From: the human T2T-CHM13v2.0 reference genome, Homo sapiens
DNA: 64,000 nt
Reading direction: 5' to 3' (one strand)
Assembly (NCBI RefSeq): GCF_009914755.1
Contig: NC_060927.1
This document shows, piece by piece, positions 38,800 to 55,399 of this stretch; the stretch's first letter is position 1, and each line of letters begins with the position of its first letter. The translations under genes and the position numbers were made by a program. The notes beneath the pieces are model-generated. The model saw only the letters and a program-made list of their open reading frames with translations. It had not been told where the DNA came from and made no database searches.

Positions 38800-39580
38800 A
38801 TGTTTTACTTCCATTGAACCTACATAATGGAAAACTGCACAAATCCTAAGTGTTCACTTGAAAGGGTTTTCTGTTGTTGAACACATCCGTGTGAGCAGCA
38901 CAACACAGAAACCAAACGTTATCAGTACCACAGAAGACCTCTTTGTGCCCCTTTCTGTCACCACCGCTACACCCACCCAGAGTTAACTACTACAGTCACA
39001 TCGAATTCCCCTTGCTAGTTTTGCCTGGTTTTGATATTTATTTAAACTGGAATTGTATAATAGGAGCTCTTTTGTGTCTGGCTTCTTTTGATCAGCTTTA
39101 CGCTCATGAGAGTCACATGTTGCTGCTTGTTGTTGTAGTTCATTCATTCTTGTTGCTGTACAGCATCCTATTGTATGCATATACCAGACTTTACCCATTC
39201 TACTGCTGATGGGTGTTTGGGTAGTTTCTAGTTTGGGGTTCATGAGTAGCACACCTATGAACATTCTAGTACATAAATTTTGATGAACATATGTACCCAT
39301 TTCTGCCAGGTACATATTTGGGAGTGGAATTGCTGAGTCATAGGATAATGTGTGTTCGCTTTTAGCAGATGTTGCCAGACAGTTTTCCACAGTGGTTCCA
39401 CCAGTATTCACTCCACCAGCAGTGAATGCATGCATCCTTTAACACTTAATACTTTTGTCATTTTCATTTTATCTCCTTCAGTGGGTGTGCAGAGGTTTCA
39501 TATTCTGGTTTTAATTGGCATTTCCCTGATGACTAATGAAATTGAGCACATTTTTTATGATTAATGGCTGTTGGTGTGTA
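38800..39580 (-). mobile_element. Old L1ME 3' fragment
   Basis: ggagtggaattgctgagtcata...ttttaattggcatttccctgatgactaatga; opposite-strand peptide resembles L1 ORF2 C-terminus (YDSAIPL..Y). Confidence 0.82.
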
Positions 39581-40500
39581 TGTGCTTTTCATTTATATAA
39601 ATGGGTATCGTTCTAGATTTCCTTCTTTTCCTTATGTTTCTCCCTCAACACCCTGCTTTTGAGCTGTATCTGTGTTGTGGTGTAGGCAGCTGGCTCTTTG
39701 CTTCTGATAGCTGCAGAATGTTCTGTGTTCTGCATCCACAGCACTTTATTAATCCATTCCCCTTGAGGTGAGAGATTGAAGAAGGTAAATGGCTGGAAGA
39801 GTAGTAACTGTCTTGTGTTTCTGTTTTCTTCACTGTGCTAATTCCAGGGGTGGAGGTGGACAAAGAAGCAAGTGGGGTCTCAGATCCATAAACAGTCAGG
39901 ACCAGGAGGCATCTTAGATGGTGGAGGTGCAGGTTGGGGCTGAGAACAGGAGGCCTGGGGGAAAGGCCACACAAAAGCCAGCAGACCCAGAAACGCCTTG
40001 CCCAGCCCTCCCCAGCAGAGGCTGGTCCTGCCTCATGCAGATGGCTATCTGTGAGCTCTAGATGGAGGGCATCTGGCACAGTGGAGGCAGGCTTGAGGAG
40101 CCTTACTGAAAGTAAGAGGGTCTAGTGAGAACCCTGGTTTCCTCCTTCTGCTGGGCGCTGGAACTCTGACTCTTATGTGCACTTCCCACTAGGCAGGGGG
40201 CTGGGGAATTTCACATTGAGACACTGACCAGCCCAAGAGAAAACATCTCTGATACTGGGCACTGACATTACCATCTATACTGCCCACTTGTCAAGAAACT
40301 CTGCCTGCTCCGCATTCATCCCCACCCCTCTTTCTCCTTGCCTGCCTCTTCCATGAAGGCTGTAAGAGGCAAACAGTATTTGCCTTTCCAGTTTTTCCTA
40401 TACCCAGTGGCGGCCATGTAACTTAATGAGGGCCAAGGGTCAGAAGCAAACTTCTGCTAGGGAAGGGCAGTTTCTGAGAGAGCATTTGTTTTCCTGGTAA

Positions 40501-40975
<475 letters not shown>

Positions 40976-41334
40976 CTTCTCTTTCACTCTTTGTTTAAAC
41001 AAATAAGACAGGATTCTCTGCCACCCGCAGCCAGATTGTGTTGGGTGAGGAGGGGCCTGGTAGCTCAGTTACTCCAAATACAAACTATTTACTAGCTCTG
41101 GTGTTTTTAACCTCACTCTTCCTCCCCATTTTTGAAGGTACCCAATGCCTGGAGTCCTGAGAACTTTCCAGGGTTTTGAAGAGAGTGGCTATCCCTTGCT
41201 TTCTTTTGCCAGCTTTCCCTCTGCAGACACACTCTGCTCTGGCAGTTATGGCTCAAACTTCCAGGAAGTTGTCATCATATCCGCTGTTGGCCCCTTTTCT
41301 GTACATTTTGTCCTTTTACAATTATTTCACTGTC

Positions 41335-41653
<319 letters not shown>

Positions 41654-43939
41654 TTAGTGACGTTTCAATAGATGTCTTCCACTATATTTTGAAGAAAGTC
41701 CTCCATTTCAGTTTCTACCCCAGGTATTTTTAAGTAGTAATCAGATACTACCCTCATGGGTTGTGAGCATTCTTGCTTTATTTTGAAGGCATGAGCAGTT
41801 GAGACCCTCTATCTTAGAAGGGGCAGAGAAAAAAAATAAATGTATTCATGGTCAAGGCCATGATCTGCTGCCAAAGGGCTGGTGACCCAATCCTGCCTTT
41901 ATACCTAGACAATGGACAGGGTAATGCTCTTAATTGAGGGACCATTCCCATGTGGGAAGCACCTGCTGTCTCTTACATGTACCCTCAGCCCAAGTCAGAC
42001 ACACATGCCCTCGCCTCTGCCAGTGGCCCCACTAGCTCAAATAATGTCTGCCTGCAAATCTGCAAATGAGGATGAGCCGCCCCTTCCTCAAGACACTTGA
42101 CTGCCATCTGCTGGAAAGTTGAGAGAAAATAGAAATCTCTGATGAGTAGGAATGTGCATCGTACTCCAGGTTGTGTGAAGCATGACGGTGCATGGCATCG
42201 GCCCCTGCCTCCACCCGTCTCATCTCCTTGCTACAAAATGCAGTCCCTCACCCATCAGCTCTGGCCATTGTAGTGACTAGGGAGCAGGGCTTGGAGGGCC
42301 AGAAGCCTTGATAGGATTCTTCACTTATAGCCCATGTGACCTTGTATTAAACACATAACGCTTCTGGGTCTTACTTTACTCATATATAAAATGAGATAAT
42401 TCTATACTTACCTAGCTGAGTTGTTAAGAGGAGCAAATGAAATAGTATGGGAAGATGTTTTAAAAATAAATATTTTACAGATTGAATTTGACAGTCATAC
42501 TATCTAAAGCCTATTCATCCTTTGCTTTTGATTGGGCTCCCTAAAAACCCTAAAAACAGACTCTAAAATGGAGATTTGCACTCAGGAAGTTTCTTTGGAG
42601 TTCACTTGAAAATAATATTTGTAAGGATGTGAGGGAAGCAGGATTGGGCAGAGGAAGTTGAACTCTAATGTGGTTGCAACCAACGCCTCAGCCAAGCCTC
42701 CTGGAAGCTGGGATGACCAGGAGTTGGGGTGACCCCTTGGAGTTGTCCCAATTTTAGGCCAGAGAGGTATGAGCAAGCTTGTCTACCTCCACTTCAACCA
42801 GTCATTGGCAGTGGCCTGCTTCTGATGAGAGGCCATAACCTTGGGTGAGCAGCTCCCATGAGGCAAGGGCAATGTCCAGAGAGGGGCACATCTGAGAGCC
42901 ATCAACAGCCACGCTCCTGGCAGCTGGAGGAACAACCTCCAGCTGGAGGAGGAGCTAGAGGGAGGAATTCCATCCTAAGAGGGGCTCTGGGCAACTCACT
43001 GCAGCATGCTCTCTTCCCTTGGTTGTACATGTGGAGTGAGGGGTGTTGTTGGTGCACGCAATATGGAAGCCATAAGAAAAAGAGCCAACCATTGATTCTA
43101 TACATTATACAGCCTTCCCAGGTCTGAGCTTTGTAGGGTAAGAGGCACCAGACTGTTGTGGCCGGGGAGGGGGGGTCTCCTGGGCATTATCCCTTTCACT
43201 CAGCTGGCCTTTCTGGCAGCTGAATCTGCTCCAAGCATATTCTATTCAAAGCATATTCTCAAGTCCACATGGGGTGATCTGCTTCCCCATGTTCCATTGC
43301 ATTCCACTGGGGACATGTGATCACCCTGAGTTCTGCCACCTTCATAAAGGTGCAATGGTTGTCCTGTGTTTTGTCATACTTCACATCAGTGCAGTGGTGT
43401 AGTTATGTAAGAGGGTCAGGGTGAGAGATTTAGAGGCTGCAGATCCAGAATCCTGGTGCCTGAATTCATCCCACAGATGTATTTTTGGGGGCAGGGAGAA
43501 TGGTGTGCAGGTAAAGTGTGTCAAATAGTTTATAGCAATGTGAATATCTTTGTCTGAGACATGCACTCACCGGGTCCTTTTGATCCCCACCATTCCGTGT
43601 TGTGTTATGTTTATTAAATTACCTGCCTGGCTCTGCCGGCATTTGCGATTTTCTCTCTTGGATTAGGACCAAGCAGCACCAAGAGGACTGTGGAGCACCC
43701 AGTGTGGCCACAGGAACTAGGCTTAGAAGGAGGTGGGTAGGCTCTGGGCAGGCTGCATGCTGTAATGAGCAAGCAGGCAGGGACAGGAATGGGGCTGAGG
43801 GTGGAGGGGAGGGTGACGTTGGTTACAGAGGAGCTAGTGAGCTGTGTTCAGAGCTGGAGACTCTCACTGGATGGGAACTGTGGTTGGGCATTGGGTTTCC
43901 ACCAGAGTTTTATTTTTATACATTTGAGAAGCATTTTTA

Positions 43940-44295
43940 TTGATACACACACACAACATGGATTAATCTTAAATTTGTTGTGTTAGGTGAAAGAAATCAG
44001 CCTCAAAACGTTTTGTAGATGTTATGAATTCATTTATATGGCATTTTGGGGAAGGCAAAATTAAAGGAACAAGAAGCATCAGTGGCCGTGGTGGCTGGGG
44101 GTGGAGGGAGGTGTGGGCTGACTACAGAGGGGCGGAGTGAGGGAGGGAGCATTTTAGGGTGGTGGGCTGTTCTGTATCTTGACTGTGATAGTGGTTCCAT
44201 GACTCTGCATTTGTCAAAACTCACAGAACTGGACACCAAAAGGAATGAATTTCCCTGAATGTAAATTAAAATATAAATAAATAAATGGTTTAAAA
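43940..44295 (+). mobile_element. Old L1M 3' end
   Basis: gttctgtatcttgactgtgatagtggttccatgactctgcatttgtcaaaactcacagaact. Confidence 0.75.
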
Positions 44296-45082
44296 AACAA
44301 GAAAGGAGGCATTTTTACCTTTGTGAGCGGAAGTGGTGCTTCCTTCAGGAATGTGTGAGTGTGTGGGTGTGTGTGGAGTGGAGGAGAGACAGGAGGTATC
44401 TCTGGCTGTTAGAGAGATGGTAGTCAGAGCTGCCGTTCTGGAACAGTCCCTGGATTTCAGGTATTTCATCTCTGCTGCTCTGTACATAAGCCTGGTCTAG
44501 GGGCTCTGGTTGCCCAGAAACAGGAGTTTGGACTTTGAAACAAAAGGCTGTGTTTTGTTTTGTTGATCAGATGTTTTCTCCCTAAAGCACTCTTCACTCT
44601 CTCTTTGGTGGTGGAGAAGAGGGAGGGAGCTGGTGAGTGAGGGAGCCAGTGATCCCACGATGGGGGCACTCCTGAGCCTCCCCCTCAGTTCCGTTCCTTC
44701 CCCAGCATCCAGATTTCTAAAAATAAAAACATCAGGGATTTGGAAAGAGGACTGGAGTCCCAGTACTGCATAGGTTAGCTGAGAGGCTGCCCCAGGCCTC
44801 AGTTTCCCCATCTCTAGGAGCAAAACTGTGGGATTCTGAAATCCTCCAGTTACCCCACCTCACTCAGCAAGAATGCTGTCATAATGAATGAAGAAGGCAC
44901 ACAAGGAGCAACTCAGCCTCTCCTGCTGCCATTCCCCTGCCTGGGGCTACCTCCTTCACTTCTGCATCCAAATGCTAACAGGAGTCCTGGGTGTCCCAGC
45001 CTACCCCGTGCTGCCTGCACACTCCTGAGATTAGTGAATGAACAAAGGTGTTAGACCTGACAAGAGGATTCAGGAGACTTTG

Positions 45083-45117
<35 letters not shown>

Positions 45118-46248
45118 GGAAGTCAATGCTTCGGGCCAGAAAATGCTTAGACCTGGCAGCGGCTGACAAAAGCTGCCTCTTGTCAGCAAGTGTATCAGCT
45201 TCTGAAAGAGATAAGAGGCAGGGGGCTGGAGTGCAGGCTTCTCAAGTGAACGCTGACAGGAGAACAGAAGAGCTGCCTCCCACTCTCATCAGCACGGAGA
45301 TCCGGGCTGCCAGGGCGGAGACATCAACCACTCCAGCCCCCACACTGCTCTGATGAGGGGAGACAGGTCTGGGCACCGACAGTGACCTGCCCAGGGCCCG
45401 CAAGCAGCAGCGGCTGTTGCTGGGGTCCCTGGGGAAAGTCTGGGGACCTGTCCGCCTAAATGCGCACTGGGAAGAGTGGAGCTGCTCTGGACTTAGCTGT
45501 GGAATGGAGGCAGCCTTGTAATTTCTGAGCGCTGTGGAGAACAGAATCCATGTGGCTCCCATTCTGAGAAAGGAGTGTTGGGGGCCCAATCAGCCACAAC
45601 TCCCAGGGAGGTTGGCTTCAGCCTGGGCCAACTTCGGGACCACTTCCTTACTGATGGACCTTTCCATGGGAACAGGGTGAACACAGGGCTTGATGTTTGT
45701 TCTTTTGGAAGATTCTACTGAATAGCTCTCATTCATTTCCAGGGTCCAGACCTTAGCTGTAATGCCTTTTAGGGCCCCACCTGGGATGCTCTAGATAAAC
45801 ATCCAATAGAAATGCCTTTTCCTATGGTTGTTGTCAAGCCTCTAGGGGTGGACAGCAGGGAGAGGCCCTCCGTTTTCCTCCTGGCTCATGTGCCTGGTCT
45901 ATACCTGTTGGATCACACTGAGAAGCAAAATTGAACTGTTTAATGCTTCTGAGGCTGAGTGGATGGGACACTCAGCCTCAACTTCAACATCCTTCTAGTG
46001 CACCTTTCTGTACCCAAGCCAGAAGGCTAGCAAGTAGATTTCCCAGACTCCTTTGCAGACAGAGTTCTGGATTTAAATTTAGATTCCACCAATTAGATGT
46101 GCTGGCATGAGATTTGAATAGCAGTTTAAAGCAGAAATCATCTTCCTACTGTTTTGGCTGTTTCTCCTGGCAAGCATAGTAGAGATGTTGGGCTTTTCTA
46201 TATCAGTATTCCAGTGACCTGTGACTAGATTTATGAGTATAAAAAAAT

Positions 46249-47558
<1,310 letters not shown>

Positions 47559-48328
47559 CACATGCAAATCTTTGTATGAACATAGGCTTTCATTTCTGTT
47601 GGGTAAATATCAAGGAGTGAAATGGCTGGATTGTACAGTAGAGGAATGTGTAAATTTTTGAGAAATCATAAAACTATTTTCTAAAGTGGTTACACCATTC
47701 CCACCAGCTGTGGCAAGTTCCACTTCCTCCATTACCTCCCCAAAACTTGGTCTGGTCTGGTCAGTTTTTTAAAAGTTTAGCTAAGTGTTTAATAGTATAT
47801 CATTGTGATTTTAATTTGCACTTTCCTAATGACGGATGATGTTGAGCATCTTTTTGTGTGCCTGTTTATTATCCTGGTATCTACTTTTTGAAGTGTCTGT
47901 TCAAATTTTTTGCCCATTTTAATATTAGATTGTTATTTGCTTATTATTGAGTTTTGAGAGTTCTTTATATATTCTGAATCATTTATCAAATTTGTGTTTG
48001 CAATTTTTTCCCAGTATGTGGCTTATCTTTCTTTTTTTTTTTTTTTTACAATGTCATGGACTTCTGGTTTCAAAATGGCAGCATAAGTTCAAGCTAGCTT
48101 CACTGTCCTCCCCACAACAGAAAACCAAACCCAAATTATACAGTGCTAGGATTATCACCAGCAATATCCCAGAGCTCAGATATGAGAATGAGTCAATTCC
48201 TGGGGCCACAAAGAAGTGAAAAGACTCCAAGCAGACAGTAGTAGAACCAGATTTTCATATCTGCAATGCCCCTTTCCCCAAGCTGCCGAGCAGCAAGCAT
48301 GCAAAATTCCACCCCCTCCTAACTCATA

Positions 48329-48656
<328 letters not shown>

Positions 48657-51600
48657 TAGATTCCCTGGCAGGAGCTCTGTCCATGCCTCAACCCACAGGA
48701 AGTAGCATGAGTGCCTAAAGGTGACATATTCCTGAGGACAGCAAGAGACAAAGTGGGGAGGCAGGATTATCACCCCTGGCTCTAGAAAATTTGCTTTGTA
48801 ACTTAGCCGAAGGAGATGGCAAATGGGAGTGGTTGTTCAGCAGCAACACACTGTAGGAGGTACATTCCACAGGTCCTCTGGGCACAGACCGCTTGTCAGC
48901 TTTTCCACATTGCTGAATATCGCCTTTGGAGCCTCTTCCTGACTGGCAGCTCTCTGATTACTTGCTAGAGCTGAGGCAATCCTGGGCTTAAGGTGCCATC
49001 TAGTGCCAAAAAGGAGGCAGTGACCTAGTAGAAAAAAAGAAATTCAACAGGTAGATTATGAAGAATGTCTAAGTAAATATACCCAATAAGAACGAAAGCA
49101 AGTCATACAGAGAATACTGGAGTAAGTTACTAATCCTTCAATGTGAAAACAGTTGTATACAGGGAACTATGACCTCTGCAAATGGACAAAGCAAAGAAAC
49201 AGTGACTGACCCTAATGAGACAGTGATATGTGAGCTCTCTGACCAAGAATTCAAAATAGCAATTTTAAAGAAACATAGTGGTCATCAAGATAACACAGAA
49301 AAAGAATTCAGAGATTTATCAGAGAAATTTAGTTAAGGCATTGAAATAAATTTTTAAAAATCAAACAAATCTTGGAATAGAGAAATACACTTGCTGAATT
49401 GAAAAATTCACTGGAGGTTCTCAACAGCAGAATGAATCAAGCAGAGGAAAGAATCAGTGAACCCACAAACAGGCTATTTGAAATGACATGGTCAAGGGAG
49501 AAAAAAGGAAAAAGAATAAAAAGGAATGAAGATTTCCTACAAGATATAGAGAATTACCTCAAAGGCCAAATCTAATAATTATTGGTGTTCAAGAGGGAGC
49601 TGAGCAAGGGCAAGGGGTATAAAGCATATTCAAGCAAATAATAATGGATTATTTTCCAAAACTTGAGAAAGATATAAATATCTAGGCACAGAAAGGTCAG
49701 AGAGCACCAAACAGTTTCAACCCAAACAAGACTACCTCAAGGCATATAATAAGCAAAATCTCAAAGGTCAAGGACAAACATAGGATTCTAAAGGCAGAAA
49801 AATAGAAGAAGCAAATTATATATAAAGTAACTCCAATTCATCTGGCAACAGACTTCTCAATGGAGACCATACAGTCTAGGAGAGACGGAACGACGTTTTC
49901 AAAGTGCTGAAAGAAAACAACTGCCACCCAATAATACTCTATCCAGAAAAGTGATCCTTGAAATATGAAATAGAGATGAAGTCTTTCCCAGACAAATAAA
50001 AGTTAGATAATTCGCCATCACCAGACCCATCTTACAAGAAATGCCAATGGAAACCAAAAAAGAGCAGGAATAGCTATACTTACATCAGATAAAACAGACT
50101 ACAAAGGGATCAATACAGCAAGAGAATATAATAATTACAAATGTCTATGCACGCAGTACTGGAGTACCCAAGTATGTAAAGCAAACATTAATAGATCTAA
50201 AGGGAGAGTTAGACAGCAATACAATAATAACAGGGGACTTCAATGCCCCATTCTCAGTAATGGACAGATTATCTAGACAGGAAAACAACAAAGAAACACC
50301 AGAGTTAAGGCACATACTATACAAAATAGGCCTAATTGACAGTTAAAGAACATTTCACCTAATTGCTGCAGAATACACATTCTTTTCATCAGTACATGGA
50401 ACATACTCCAGGATAGGCCATATTTTAGGCCACAACTCAAGTCTCAACAAATTAAAAAAAGTGGAATTCATACCAAGGATAATTTCTGACCACAACTGAG
50501 TAAAACTAGAAATCAATAACAAGAGGAACTTTGGAAACTACGCAAACACATCAAAATTAAACAACATGCACCTGAATTAAAATTAATTAACGTTAATTAA
50601 TTTTAGTTAATTAAAATTAATTAAAAGGGAATTAAAAAATTCCTGGAAACAAATGAAAATGGAAATACAACATACCAAAAAGATGAAATACAGCAAAGGC
50701 AGTACTAAGAGAGAAGTTTATAGCAATAAATGCCCACATCAAAAAAGTTGAAAGACTTCAAATAAACAACCTAATGGTGCACCTTAAGGAACTAGAAAAA
50801 CAAGAACAAACCAAACTCAAAATTAGCAGAAGGGAAAATAAAAATCAGAGCATAAATAAATAAAATTAAGACTAAAAAATTTATAAAAGATGAATGAAAT
50901 AAAAAGTTGGTTGTTTGAGAAGATAAATAAAATCAACAAACCTCTGGCTAGATTAACAAAAAAAGGAGACCCAAATAAATACAATCAGAAAGGAAAAAAG
51001 GGATGTAACAACTGAGACCATAGAAATACAATGCATCATTGAGGACCATTATGGAAAATTATTGCCAACAAATTGGAAAACCTAGAAGAAATGGATATAT
51101 TTCTGGACACAAAAAACTACCAAGATGGAACCACGAAGAAATAGAAACTTCAACAAGTCAATAATGAGTAACAAGATCGAAACTGTAATTACAAAGTCTC
51201 CCATCAAAGAAAAGCCCAGGACCTGATGGCTTCACTGCTGAATTCTACTAAACATTTAAAGAAGAACCAGTACCGATTCTACTCAAACTCTTTGAAAAAA
51301 ATTGAAGAGACAGAATACTTTCAAACTCATTATATGAGGCCAGTATTAGCTTGATACCAAAACCAGACAACCAAAAAAAGCTACAGGTCAATACCCCTGA
51401 TGAATATAGATGCAAAAATTATCAACAAAATACTAGCAAACTGGAGTCAACAACACATTAAGAAGATCTTTTATTATGATCAAGTGGGGTTCATACTAGG
51501 GATGCAAGGATAGTTTAACATGCACAAATCAATAAATGTGACATATCACATTAAAAAATCAAGAACAACAACCATATAATTATTTCAGTACATGACAAAT

Positions 51601-51942
51601 CCAATAAAATTCAGCATTCCTTTAGGATAAAAACCTTCAACAAACCAAGCATAGAAGGAACATACTTGAAAAGAAGGCCATATATGACAAACCTACAGCC
51701 AACATTATACTGAATGGGGGAAAAATCAGATCTTTCCTCTAAGATCTGGAACAAGACAAGGATGCCCACTTTCACCACTTTTATTCAATACAATACTGGA
51801 AGTCCTGGCCAGAAAATTAGTCAAGAGAAAGAAATAGAAAAACCTAAAGAGCACACCAAAAAATTGTTAGAACTGATACAGAAATTCAGTGAAGTTGCAG
51901 GATACAAAATAAACACACCAAATCAGTAGCATTTTTATATAT

Positions 51943-52300
51943 TGATATGGTTTGGCTGTGTTCCCACCCAAAATCTCATCTTGAATTGTAATCCTCTTAA
52001 TCCCCACATGTCAAGGGTGGGTCTAGGTGGAGGTAATTGGATCACGGGAGTGGTTCCCCCATTCTGTTCTCTCTCGAGATCTGATGGCTTTATAAGCACC
52101 TGGCATTTCCTCTGCTTGCACTCACTCTTTCCTGTTGCCCTGTGAAAAAGGTGCCTGCTTCTTCTTTGCCTTCTGCCATGATTGTAAGTTTCCTGATGCT
52201 TCCCAGCAATGCTGGACTGTGAGTCAATTAAACCTCTTTCCTTTATAAATGACCCAGTCTTGGGTATTTCTTCATAGCAGTGTGAAAACAGACTAATATA
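51943..52300 (+). mobile_element. THE1-type MaLR solo LTR nested in L1 ORF2
   Basis: tgatatggtttggctgtgt start; cagactaata end; 5-bp TSD tatat/tatgt. Confidence 0.92.
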
Positions 52301-52611
52301 TATGTCAACAGCAAACAATCTGAAAAAAATTTCAAGAGAGCAATCCCATTAAAAATAGCTCCAAAGAATATAGAATACCTAGAAACCAACTTAACCAATG
52401 ACGTGAAAGATCTGTACAAAAATACTCTATAAAACACTGATGAAATAAATAAAAAAGATGGTAGGATGCTCCATGCTCATGGAATGGAAGAATTAATATT
52501 GTTAAAAATGACAGTACTACTCAAAGCAATGTACAGATTCAATGCAATTCTTATCAAAATACCAAGGACATTCTTCACAGATGTAGAAAAAAAATCCTAA
52601 AATTTATATGG

Positions 52612-53044
52612 TGATATAGTTTGGACATTTGTTCCTGCCCAAATCTCATGTTGAAATATAATCCCCATTGTTGAAGGTGGGGCTTGGTGGGAGGTGTTTG
52701 TATAATGAGGATGGATTCCTCATGAATGGCTTGAGCCTTCTCCTTGGTAATAAGTGAGTTCTCACTGTGAGTTCACTTGAGGTATGGTCATTTAAAAGTG
52801 TGTAGCACCTGCCCTCTCACTCACTTTATCTTTCTCTCTTGCTTCTGCTTTTTCCATATGATGTGACTGCTCCCACTTCACTTTCTGCCATGATTTTAAG
52901 CTTCCTGAAGCCTCCCTGGAAGTAGATGCCAGTGTCATGCTTCCTGTACAGCCTATAGAACCATGAGTCAATTAAACCTTTTTTTCTTATAAGTTACCCA
53001 GTCTCAGGTATTTCTTTATAGCAATGCAAGAAAGGTCCAATACA
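52612..53044 (+). mobile_element. MSTA-type MaLR solo LTR nested in L1 ORF2
   Basis: tgatatagtttgga...aataca termini; perfect 5-bp TSD tatgg. Confidence 0.92.
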
Positions 53045-54797
53045 TATGGAACCACAAAAACCCTGAATAGCCAAAGCAATCTTGAGCAAAAAGAATGAAG
53101 CTGGCAGTATTACGTTACCTGACTTCAAGATATACTCCAAAGCTATAATAACCACATTTTAAAAATCTGATTTAAAAAAGGGCAAAATATCTGAATAGAA
53201 ATTTCTCAAAAGAAGACATACAAATGGACAACAGGTATATGAGAAAATGCCCAACATCACTAATCATCAGAGGAATACAAATCAAAACCACAGTGAGATA
53301 CCATCTCACCCAAGTTAGAATGGCTTTTATTAAAAAAACATGGAATAACAGTTGCTGGTGAGGATCTGGGGAAAAGGGAACCCTTGTTCCTACCCATGGC
53401 GGGAATGTAAATTAGTACAGTCACTATGGAAAATAGTATAAAGTTTCCTCAAAGAACTAATAATGGAACTATGATATGATCATATGATCTAGCAATTCCA
53501 CTACTGAGTGTATATATATATATATATGTATGTATATATAATACATATATATGTATATATTCCATATATATGGAAATAAATATATCAGAGGTATCAGCCC
53601 TTCTATGTTTATTGCAGCACTATTCACAATAGCCCAAATATGGAATCAACCTAAGTGTCAGTCCATGGATGAATGAATAAAGAGAATGTGGTATATATAC
53701 ACAAGGAAATATTATTCAGCCACCAAAAAGAATGAAATCCTGTCATTTTCAGTAACATGGTAGGAACTGGAGGTTATTATGTTAAATAAAATAAGCCAAG
53801 CACAGAAAGACAAATATCACGTGTTCTCACTCATGTGTAGGAGCTAAAAAAAGTGGATCTCATAAAGATAGAGAGTAGACTGATGGTTACCAGAGGCCAG
53901 GAAGGGTAAGAGTGAGGAGGATGAAGAGTTGATTAATGGATACAAATACATAATAAGATAGATAGACCTGGTGTTGGATAGATTATTAGGGTGACTGTAG
54001 TTAACATTAATTAATAGTACATTTAAAAATAGCTGGAATAGAATAATTCAAATATTCCTAACATAATGAAAAAATAAATATTTAAGGTGATGGATATCCC
54101 AGTTTCTCTAATTTAATTATATGAATGTATCAAATTATCACATGTACTGTAAAAATATATACAGCTATTATGTACCACTACAAAAAATACTTAATTTAAA
54201 AAATAAAAAAGTTTGATTACAAAAAAGAAAAACAAAACAAGCAAATAAGTGTCTTTTGCAGAATAGAAGTTTTAAATGTTAATGATTTATAATTTATCAT
54301 TTTTTTCTTTTAAATTTTATTGCTTTTGAGCTTATATCTAAGAAAGCTTTGCCTAATGCAAGGTCAAACATATATATTCTCCTATGTTTTCTTCTAGAAA
54401 TTTTGTAATTTTATGTTTTATATTTAGGCATATGGACATATATTAGGCATAGTTTAATATTTGTATAGGATGTGAAACATACATAGAAATTCTTTTTCTT
54501 TGCATATAGATATCAAATTGTCCCAGCACCATTTGTTGAAAAGTCCATCCTTTCTCCATTAAATTGTCTTTGTGCTTTTGTCAAAGATAAATTCACCATG
54601 TATATGTGGGTTTATTTTTGGAAACTCTATTCTGTTCCATTGATCTGTATGTCTCTTCTTTCATCAATGCTGTATTGTCTTGGTTACTAAAGATTTATGG
54701 TAAATTAATCAAGTAACAAGAATTTCTGTACATTTTTCTTTTTTGGAAAACTTCTTTTGACTATTCTAGTTTCTTTACTTTTTAATATAAATTTTAG

Positions 54798-55160
<363 letters not shown>

Positions 55161-55399
55161 TGATTGTGTTGAATCTATAGATCAGTTTATGGGAGAATTG
55201 ACATCTTTGCAATATTAAGACTTTTAATTCATGAACATGGTATGTCTCTTCATTTATTTAGATTTTACTTGATTTCTTACATCTATATTTATAGTTTTTA
55301 ACATATAACTCCTGTACATACTTTGTTAGATTTATACCAAGTGTTTGATGATTTTTGGTGCTGTTATAAATTTTACTTTTTAAAATTTCAACTTATATT

